IMG/VR virus record: IMGVR_UViG_3300020548_000009
Location: 1-64,000 of that record
DNA from: a virus
DNA: 64,000 bases
Strand: one strand, 5' to 3'
Shown here: positions 56,621-64,000 of the stretch, piece after piece
Numbering within the stretch: the stretch's first letter is position 1
Layout of the letters: each line of letters starts with the position of its first letter
Position numbers and translations under genes: made by a program
The notes under the pieces: model-generated
What the model was told of the DNA's origin: nothing
Seen by the model: the letters and a program-made list of their open reading frames with translations, nothing else
The model's database searches: none

Positions 56621-57530
56621 TTACAATGTTCCTGCTTTGCGGTAAATATTTTTTAGTGCTTGAACTATGAGTTCTTGTTGGAACCCCAGTCATCAATGGC
56701 TTTAGTTTACTTGATGAATGCTTTTCACTAATGTACGAAACATAATCGTCAACAATAGTTGGCAGCCAAACCTGGCTTTGCTTGCCAACCGGGACACTTG
56801 GTCCTGGCTGTATGCCTCGTTCGATATGGGCTGAGCCATGCGAAAAATAAGAAATGTAAACGTATCTCTCCCCACTCAGGCATGGCCTCACTTCATGTGT
56901 GCCAAGGTAGTTTGATGGGAATATGAGCAAATCGCCAGATTTTGGTTGATGTACAGAATTGGCATATACGAATTCAATTTCTCCACCGCTGTATTCATAT
57001 TTGCCTAGTTCTTTTTGACTCCCAACGGACGAATTTAAATACAGCAACACACTCAATACATGCCTTGTAGCAAGTTGTAAATCCGGCTCAAAACCAACTT
57101 GATAATTCACTTCGTTGTCGTTGTGAGTCCCCATGCTGCTGCCTGCGCCATAAGCGGCCACATGGCCAGTTTCCGTCCACCATATATTTGGGAGAACATG
57201 CGGGTACATTTCTATGTACATCAAAAGATGTTCATAGATGGTTTTTTCACATTCATTAAAAAATTCAACCAACTCTTTCGGACTATCTTCGTTGATGAAG
57301 TCCATGATGTGACTTGCGCTCTTTTTTATGTCTTCAATTTCGTATCTGTGGCCGCTTCTGTTTATCGCATAAGGCTCTTGTCCATCCTCATGAACAATGG
57401 TGTAATCGTCTTTAATTGCCTTCTCTTTGAGCGATGAAAAATATGGAATAACCAGGTCTTGGTCAACTTCTATAGAATTTGGGAAACAGACAATGCCCAT
57501 GCCGTAATTTATTGAAGTTTCCATACACAA
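56613..57530 (-). CDS. 2OG-Fe(II) oxygenase
   Basis: HND, YLN, FPSNY..HEV.P...G.RY. Confidence 0.85.
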   Translation of the reverse strand: MCMETSINYGMGIVCFPNSIEVDQDLVIPYFSSLKEKAIKDDYTIVHEDGQEPYAINRSGHRYEIEDIKKSASHIMDFINEDSPKELVEFFNECEKTIYEHLLMYIEMYPHVLPNIWWTETGHVAAYGAGSSMGTHNDNEVNYQVGFEPDLQLATRHVLSVLLYLNSSVGSQKELGKYEYSGGEIEFVYANSVHQPKSGDLLIFPSNYLGTHEVRPCLSGERYVYISYFSHGSAHIERGIQPGPSVPVGKQSQVWLPTIVDDYVSYISEKHSSSKLKPLMTGVPTRTHSSSTKKYLPQSRNIVNE

Positions 57531-57563
57531 ATACTATATGGGCACAAACCCACAAGCAAGAAT

Positions 57564-58310
57564 CTAATTCTTTACAAAAACCGTAACCCCGTAAAATTGC
57601 GGAAAATGATACGAGGTTCCCGACAAGCCTTTGAGATTTTCATGGAACTGGTAATACGGGTGCCAAGTGTATGAGGACGAGTACATATTTGATGCATCGT
57701 TTGTTGCGGAAATAACAAGCGTCCCGCCCGGAGCCAAAGCGTTGACCAACGAATCGAGATACTCCATATCAAACGCCACATCCCAGGATTGAACTGCAAT
57801 CATTTCAAATTGTTCATCGATTCCAGAAATAAGTTCTGACTTGTCGTACACCGAGTACCCAAAGGAGGTGTGCTCGTAAACGTTTTTTAGATTTTTCTCA
57901 TACATGAAAAGGCCGACATCGTTCACAAAATTTATATTTGCATTTTTGAAACCGTCAAAAACATTTTCTGGCGCCAAAAGAAAACGAGACACCGAACTGC
58001 TAAGTCCCCCAACAAACAGTATTGATGTTGGTTGCTTGGTGCGAATTAAAAAATCCTCTATTGCCATTTGGGGAATTATCGCGCCAACCCAAAATTCATC
58101 AGTCATGTCTTTTGAAACTCGCCACTGCATTGACACGGTGGACAAACCCACAGCGTTATGGCTCAAGTCAACACTTGCCTCGGCCATCGTGTTCCAGCAC
58201 TTGGTTGACCAGTCTTCCATGTTTGTTTTAAATTCATTGGAGACCAGCGACGTGCCAGACGAAGAAAGTTGTGTACTTACCATTCCGGCGAAAAGGACTT
58301 CTGGTTTCAT
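57564..58310 (-). CDS. SAM-dependent methyltransferase-like protein
   Basis: SILFVGG, FEMI, LAPGGTLVI. Confidence 0.55.
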   Translation of the reverse strand: MKPEVLFAGMVSTQLSSSGTSLVSNEFKTNMEDWSTKCWNTMAEASVDLSHNAVGLSTVSMQWRVSKDMTDEFWVGAIIPQMAIEDFLIRTKQPTSILFVGGLSSSVSRFLLAPENVFDGFKNANINFVNDVGLFMYEKNLKNVYEHTSFGYSVYDKSELISGIDEQFEMIAVQSWDVAFDMEYLDSLVNALAPGGTLVISATNDASNMYSSSYTWHPYYQFHENLKGLSGTSYHFPQFYGVTVFVKN

Positions 58311-59272
58311 AGTTCTTTCCCGTATTTAGATACTTGCAAATAGAAAAAAGCATTTCTAAGTTTCGGTATAAAGAAACTGTAATTGCGATAAATAAATGGA
58401 TACGCTGGGTCTCTTCCAAATCCAGAATCTTTTGTGGAAAAAGTTTCTCTTAGGGCAGTGATAATTTGACCAATTTCGTAACTTTCAAAGTTGGCAGGGT
58501 CGAGACCGGTAACAAAAAGAATTTCAGCGATGTCTTGCCACAAATCCACAATATGCTTATCTGCGTCAAAAAGTTTTTCTGCTGAATTGGCAGCACACGA
58601 CCTTGGCATATCTTTACTGCTCTTTCGCTAAAAATCGGTCAGTGATATCGCAATTCATCATTTGACCGTTTTTAAATTCCCACTGCCTTGTGTCTGGGTT
58701 CCATTGAGCAACATTGTTCTCATAATCCTTATACCTCAGCATGCGCGGCTTTTCTTCCTTTGCCTCATCTAGGTGAAGTGGAACAACTGGCTTTGGAATC
58801 ATGTCTAAGAGTCAGAAATCAAAACGTAATTGGCTACTTGACGCTTCAGCGATTCATGAGCAGCATATTCCGAATGCCCCTCTGGCAAATCGTGGTCGTA
58901 TGAATCATCAATTGTCGATACGTCGACGCCAAGCGACATGCACAAGACGCCGATTGAGTGCTCAAGAAGTTTTTTTGCTTCTTGTTTTGCCTTGGCAAGT
59001 TGCGCTTCTGAGAGGTTCATTGATTACCCAAGTTTTTCTAGACGTGATTTGAGGGACGCAATCGTTTCAAGTTTTTTCTTTACGTCCAGTTTCCATTGCT
59101 GAACATCTGTCTGGTTCTCGGCGAAAGACTCAGAAAAAGTGGCTTCGTCAAAGGTGTCAACGTCTACCCCGTAGCGAAGCAGTACGCCAAATACTTCTGT
59201 TTCCTGCGCTGCAATTGCCTCTTCCACAAGGCGCTTTTGTGTCGCTACGTCAATATTTGTGTTGAGTTTCAT
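58307..59272 (-). CDS. Four small hypothetical genes (58307-58609, 58614-58802, 58805-59020, 59024-59272)
   Basis: Tightly packed ORFs; three share an L...G.D...(F/I)(D/E) pattern. Confidence 0.6.
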
Positions 59273-59353
59273 TGGTCTCCTTTTAGCCGCGTCTTGACCG
59301 TTGTTGATTCAATAATAGCACTGCTACTCAAAAAAAGGCAAAGGTGGCGACGC

Positions 59354-60385
59354 CTATAGCGACTGAACCTTGCCTCGTTTATTGTTGGCATCAAATACGT
59401 CTGAGTGCCTGTACGCCTGCTTCAGGCCATCCTCCCCTTCTAGCGACCTATTTTGGAAAAGGGGATTTGGCTTACCGCTTAACTCCTCCTCGGATTTACC
59501 AAACTCCTCAATGCCACAGTACTTTTTATAATCTTCGTATAATGGCTCTAACCAATGCGGCTCGCACCACGCCTTTACCGTATCAACGTCGAATACTTCC
59601 ACGAGCACATTGGGGTCACTGCTTCCTTGAGCGTAAAAAGTTAAATATCCGTACCGATTTCCTTCGGTGACAGTGCGAACGCCATGAGTCGCAATGAAAT
59701 TACATGGAAACACAACTATGTCTCCTGCTTTGGCCTGATACTCAACCCCCAAATAAGGAAAGAATAATTCGCCGCCTGAATACTGGTTCTCGCCAACCGT
59801 TCCCTCATCGACGCAATCGTTGAAATAAGCCATGATTGCAATTGTCTGACGTGCACCCAATTGTCCCTTCGGTATGTACTTCTTACCTTTTTCGGCTCTA
59901 AAATTTGTGTCGTTGTCATTGTGAACTCCCAAGTAGTTGCCCTTGGAGTATCTCAAAGCATGCCCTCTAGTCCTCCACCAAAGAGTTGGCAAAACCATTG
60001 GAAATTCGTGTATGTATTTCAGTACACATTTATAAATTGAATCTTCCAGATATCGAAAGAAATCAATCATATTTTGTTCGGTGTTCTCGTTGACAACCTG
60101 AAGCACTCTCACCGGCACTTCGTTCATCTGCTCTATGGAGAATTTATTGCCGTCTTCGTTTACGGCATATTTATTTCCTTCTAGGTCGTAGTCAAATTTC
60201 CATCTTTGCTCATGCGCATGCTTCCCTTCTTTGTCAATCCATGGAAGTAATTGTTCTTGATTTACCTTGAAGGCATTTGGAAATGCGATTACACCGCCAC
60301 CAAGTTTGACCATGTCCATAGCCATGATTTCCTTGACTGCTTGGTCATCAATTGTTGGATAATAACCAAAGTATCTATCGTCCAT
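59354..60385 (-). CDS. 2OG-Fe(II) oxygenase
   Basis: HND, YFND, SGGEL, FP.NF..THGV..V..G.RY. Confidence 0.85.
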   Translation of the reverse strand: MDDRYFGYYPTIDDQAVKEIMAMDMVKLGGGVIAFPNAFKVNQEQLLPWIDKEGKHAHEQRWKFDYDLEGNKYAVNEDGNKFSIEQMNEVPVRVLQVVNENTEQNMIDFFRYLEDSIYKCVLKYIHEFPMVLPTLWWRTRGHALRYSKGNYLGVHNDNDTNFRAEKGKKYIPKGQLGARQTIAIMAYFNDCVDEGTVGENQYSGGELFFPYLGVEYQAKAGDIVVFPCNFIATHGVRTVTEGNRYGYLTFYAQGSSDPNVLVEVFDVDTVKAWCEPHWLEPLYEDYKKYCGIEEFGKSEEELSGKPNPLFQNRSLEGEDGLKQAYRHSDVFDANNKRGKVQSL

Positions 60386-60401
60386 AAGGCAAATTATAAC
60401 A

Positions 60402-61109
60402 TTATTGATTTGGAACAGAAATTACAGGAAGTCCTGTGAATGTTGGCCCAATAGTATTGCCATCAGCGTCAAGACCTGTCTTTATGCCTTTTGTCCATGT
60501 CCATGGACGTTCATTATTGTTGTCGCTCTTTAGTTGTCCATATTTCATTCTTTGTTCCATAAGTTCTTTGTCATCCCATAAATTTGATACCGAAACGGTC
60601 GCATCCGTCATAACCCTGTTGTCGTATATGTTAAAGAAGCAAATTGGCTCACCGGCCTTGAATGTGACAGGCGCGCCAATGACATTAATTTTCCAGTTCA
60701 TTTGAACCTCGTCTGGCCACCAAAATGTAGGAACAGTTGCTGAAAGTGCCTGTGCGTCACTTCTCAAATAGTTTGGCGAACCAGAAAACCAAGTACTGTA
60801 ATTTTTTTCTGTTCTCACGACCCAGCCCATTGCAAAAGAAACCATTCCAATTATTGAGCAGTGGACTTGTGTAAAACCGCTTGATGTTTTTTCGCCAGAC
60901 AATATTTTGGGGACTGAGTTGCCGCCATCCCACTGGACAACAACATCCTCACTCAGCACCAGTTCCCAACCTAAAACATTCGCGACAGACATTGGCATGC
61001 ATTGATAAGCATGCTTTTTGTAGGTCTCATCCATCCAGTCTCGCTTGATTCGCGACTGTCTAATTTCTGGCGGGTTTTGTGTCGTTTTTACAAACTGAAC
61101 ATTTGTCAC
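60402..61109 (-). CDS. DUF6065-like protein
   Basis: RDWMD....HAY.C.P...AN..GW; F..GEPIC. Confidence 0.7.
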   Translation of the reverse strand: MTNVQFVKTTQNPPEIRQSRIKRDWMDETYKKHAYQCMPMSVANVLGWELVLSEDVVVQWDGGNSVPKILSGEKTSSGFTQVHCSIIGMVSFAMGWVVRTEKNYSTWFSGSPNYLRSDAQALSATVPTFWWPDEVQMNWKINVIGAPVTFKAGEPICFFNIYDNRVMTDATVSVSNLWDDKELMEQRMKYGQLKSDNNNERPWTWTKGIKTGLDADGNTIGPTFTGLPVISVPNQ

Positions 61110-61795
61110 TGTGATGTGCTCACCCCACGTGTTGCCGCAACTGGAGAATAAGACTGAACCTGCTTGTGGTTCTTGTCGTTGTAGTCAAACATTGTGACGG
61201 CAGAATATTTCACTCCGCTCTGAACTGGAAGTGCTGCGTGAGCGAAAATGTATGTCGATGGGAAGAAAACAATGTCTCCTGCTTCTGGCTTGAACTTCAA
61301 GTCAAAATATGGGAAGAACAGTTCTCCACCTTCATAATCATCGTTTAGATACATGATGGACGATATCGTGCATGTGTAAGAAAATCCGTGGTCGGTGTGA
61401 GTTTGAAAGTGTTGTTTTGGTCCGTACTTGACGTAATTAATTGCTTCCATCCATTCCATTTTTACGTTGTACATTGACTCATAATGACGCAAGCACGGCG
61501 TGAGTCTTTCGATTGTGTCTGACCAAATGGCCTTTATTTCCAAGAACTCGCCTGGCGCCTGGTTCGCAAGTTGTTCGCTAATTTTGCAGTCAAAACAGTC
61601 CCTGTAGTCGGGCATCTTTTCCTGGTGTCCGACAAGGGCCTCCATCCACATGTACGGGGGTGTTGTGCTCGTCCCTATCGTCTCCTCCAAGCGCTCTATC
61701 AAACGCAGTTCTTTGGGGAGCATATTTCTGTAGACCATAATCGCGAAGCGAGGGTCTCCAAGATATTCGCACGAAACATTTATGGCTGAGTTCAT
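61106..61795 (-). CDS. 2OG-Fe(II) oxygenase (P4H-like)
   Basis: HTDHG, YLNDDYEGGEL, FPS.Y...H...PV.SG.KY. Confidence 0.85.
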   Translation of the reverse strand: MNSAINVSCEYLGDPRFAIMVYRNMLPKELRLIERLEETIGTSTTPPYMWMEALVGHQEKMPDYRDCFDCKISEQLANQAPGEFLEIKAIWSDTIERLTPCLRHYESMYNVKMEWMEAINYVKYGPKQHFQTHTDHGFSYTCTISSIMYLNDDYEGGELFFPYFDLKFKPEAGDIVFFPSTYIFAHAALPVQSGVKYSAVTMFDYNDKNHKQVQSYSPVAATRGVSTSQ

Positions 61796-61844
61796 TGTAT
61801 TGGACCTTTCTTGACCTGGGATGTCGTGATAGTAGAATGTTCTT

Positions 61845-62708
61845 ATGAGTATAGCGCCTATTTCGGGGGCAATCGAAACCCTGCCATTGTCTATTTACGA
61901 CATAAAAATCAAGTCAGCCGACGGGAAAAACAGTGACGTTTTGGGTGACGCAAGGGGTAAGGTAACCCTGCTTTTCAATGTCGCCGCAGGCTGCGGGAAT
62001 ATTCCTCAACACGGCGTAATTGAGCAACTTCATCAAATGTATAAGGGAAACCCAGATTTTAAAATTTTGGCTGTGGTTGTTGACGACTTTGTGTGTCACG
62101 GATACGAACAGTTCCAGGGCGGACTCGCTTCTTATGCTGAAAAAAATGCGCTGAGCATGACCCCAGGTCAAATAGCACAGGATTATGCCAAGACCCATTT
62201 CGGCTCAACATACGAATTCACTGAGTTGACAAACGGTAGATACGACAAGCACTCGTACAGCGAAGACTATGTTCCAAATGCTCAAAAGATTCAGGACATT
62301 CATGAATTGTGGTTTTATTTGACTGGTTGTCATTCGGCAGATTTTCAAGAAAACGGAACCCCCTATACTGACGAATTTATTCCTTGGGCAAAAGTAAAGG
62401 CGTCAAAGCCAGATGACAAAAGGGGAATGTCCAATTTGACTGGTAATTTTACAAAGTTTTTGATTGATAGGACAGGAACGCAATATTTGCGCTATCACAA
62501 TGGATTTCTTCTCGGTGAACGAACACCGCATGGCGAGCCATTCCCTTGGTGGCAGGGTGAGGGTTTGGAAAAACTCAAACAAGAATTGGGAGAAAAAGAA
62601 TTTTTTGAGTGGACAAACGCCCCGTATCCAACAAAGTTGCAACAAAAGGGAATTAACGAATCCCTGAGAATAATCAAAAACGATATCGATTACATGCTCG
62701 GGATGTAA
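61845..62708 (+). CDS. Glutathione-peroxidase-like thioredoxin-fold protein
   Basis: GKVTLLFNVAAGCG..PQ and NFTKFLIDR. Confidence 0.7.
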   Translation: MSIAPISGAIETLPLSIYDIKIKSADGKNSDVLGDARGKVTLLFNVAAGCGNIPQHGVIEQLHQMYKGNPDFKILAVVVDDFVCHGYEQFQGGLASYAEKNALSMTPGQIAQDYAKTHFGSTYEFTELTNGRYDKHSYSEDYVPNAQKIQDIHELWFYLTGCHSADFQENGTPYTDEFIPWAKVKASKPDDKRGMSNLTGNFTKFLIDRTGTQYLRYHNGFLLGERTPHGEPFPWWQGEGLEKLKQELGEKEFFEWTNAPYPTKLQQKGINESLRIIKNDIDYMLGM

Positions 62709-63728
62709 TCACTTAATCAGAAACAACTTATTCCTATTTGGGATGGGTAGCAAAGAGTCTTTATTGTCCTCAATATTGACTTTTTCAAATATGCCAAACA
62801 GCGCGTTTCTCGTTAGTGATTTTTCGTTGTTTGGTATCGCATCGCAATACAATGACTTCCCTTGCCATGCGATTGCGTCGCCTTCCATGGGCATGTGTTG
62901 ATATATTTTCCCAACATCTGCATTTGCCAACCTGTGACAGTAGTGAATATATTCGTTGTATTTTTCATTGGAGGTTAGGTCCCCAATGATGTTTTGGTCA
63001 AGGTCCAGCGCATGCGAACCTGCCGCTATTTGTAATACTCCAGAAATTGGATGATGGTCTTCTATGGCAACCATTTCTATAACTGTGCCCGGCGAAGTGA
63101 TTGGCTCATTGCACCATGGCGCCTCCATCTTCCAATGGTGCTGCGACGACCATGTAAAAGCATGAACAAATCTAAGTCCATATGCCGTGTTCATTGAATC
63201 TGCCAATGACTCCATGAAGTCGTTGCACAGAATAGAGACAATTGACTCCGATACAAGATATTCTTTTGTTGAAAACAAATAAGACTTTTTTTTGGTGCCC
63301 GTCTTTAAAAGCATTTCTTTTGCATATTTTGATTTGTAGTCGCTAATCGCATCTTTTGGTGCTCCGCCTAAACAAACGGAATAACCCTTATCTACAAAAT
63401 CACCATGATTTTCGCTAGAGGTGTACTGCTCAAGTAATCGATAGTCAATATATGATTTACGTCCGCCATTTGTTTTATGCCCATATCCGTTGATATGAAT
63501 GTTTTTCCCAAAAGTATTTAAAGCATGAAGGAAGCCAACGGACTCAACAAAACCCACATCCAAACCAAGTTCGTCTATTTTTCCTTCTGCTATTTGTGCC
63601 CATGCATTGGCTACGGCTTGATATCCAGTTGTTTCCCCAACCCAGAAGTGTCTAGCAATAATTTCGGTAACTGTGTAGTCGTGCCACGCAGTTGATGTAT
63701 CAAAATCTTTTGGTTTATTTACACTCAC
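62709..63728 (-). CDS. PhyH-like dioxygenase-fold protein (probably degenerate)
   Basis: VAIED.....G.LQ...GSH and GD...W motifs; distal His not evident. Confidence 0.5.
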   Translation of the reverse strand: MSVNKPKDFDTSTAWHDYTVTEIIARHFWVGETTGYQAVANAWAQIAEGKIDELGLDVGFVESVGFLHALNTFGKNIHINGYGHKTNGGRKSYIDYRLLEQYTSSENHGDFVDKGYSVCLGGAPKDAISDYKSKYAKEMLLKTGTKKKSYLFSTKEYLVSESIVSILCNDFMESLADSMNTAYGLRFVHAFTWSSQHHWKMEAPWCNEPITSPGTVIEMVAIEDHHPISGVLQIAAGSHALDLDQNIIGDLTSNEKYNEYIHYCHRLANADVGKIYQHMPMEGDAIAWQGKSLYCDAIPNNEKSLTRNALFGIFEKVNIEDNKDSLLPIPNRNKLFLIK

Positions 63729-63750
63729 AAATTCAGACTATCATAACTAT

Positions 63751-64000
63751 ATGGGAATAAACCGTGTCGTCGGCCTTGTTTCTCTTGGAGTAATGGGGTC
63801 ATCGCTTGCGTCATCATTGCTTTCGTCTGGGCATTCGGTTATATGGGCCTCCCATGGTCGTTCACAAAAAACAATTGACAGGGCTCGCTCTGTGGGCGCC
63901 ATTGATGTTGGGACAATCAAAGAACTTTCAGACCGTTCTGATGTAATTATGTCTGTTGGGTTTGGCAATAGCGGGCCAGAAACCGCAGAACGTTTGATAC
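63751..64000 (+). CDS. NAD(P)-dependent oxidoreductase (3-hydroxyisobutyrate/6PGDH-type NAD-binding), truncated by the window edge
   Basis: Translated by hand: MGINRVVGLVSLGVMGSSLA..L...GH.V....GRS..T..RA...SDVIMSV. Confidence 0.7.
   Translation, partial: MGINRVVGLVSLGVMGSSLASSLLSSGHSVIWASHGRSQKTIDRARSVGAIDVGTIKELSDRSDVIMSVGFGNSGPETAERLI

Noticed and set aside
63747-63968. Minus-strand 73-aa ORF
   Set aside because: Shadow of a plus-strand Rossmann-fold oxidoreductase starting at 63751
1-64000. tRNA, tmRNA or rRNA genes
   Set aside because: No cloverleaf with a T-loop GTTCRA plus acceptor stem was recognised by eye; a tRNAscan run would confirm

Overview
A 64 kb segment of a large siphovirus-like phage infecting Actinobacteria (it encodes WhiB and many leaderless genes). 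There is no capsid, portal, terminase or integrase in the window, and nearly all genes are on the minus strand. (1) 1-21.4 kb is an early/host-takeover region: about 30 near-consensus sigma-A-type promoters drive mostly tiny genes (DUF932, KTSC, XRE, RHH, DUF1281, a bL12-CTD-like protein). (2) 21.4-32.7 kb holds regulatory, DNA-modification and replication genes (SpeD, WhiB, RusA, CmoA-like, ParB-MTase, tandem ParB, initiator, helicase loader, HIRAN, SSAP). (3) 32.7-47.2 kb is the tail and lysis module. (4) 47.2-64 kb holds an SNF2 helicase, a Thr-rich membrane protein, two glycosyltransferases and a cluster of 2OG-Fe(II) oxygenases. The most striking signal is non-coding. The early region is punctuated by GC-rich islands built around a 9-copy, co-oriented ~62 bp repeat. 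These islands carry good matches to operators of host global regulators (LexA x4, Rex x5, a paired DnaA box, tandem NrdR boxes 32 bp apart, IdeR-like and OmpR/PhoB-like sites) with no cognate regulon genes nearby, making them a candidate 'operator decoy array'. The same region contains several promoter-driven structured ncRNA candidates and hairpins whose loops display anti-Shine-Dalgarno sequences, one of them exactly complementary to the RBS of another phage gene. All calls come from reading the sequence by eye; no database searches were run.
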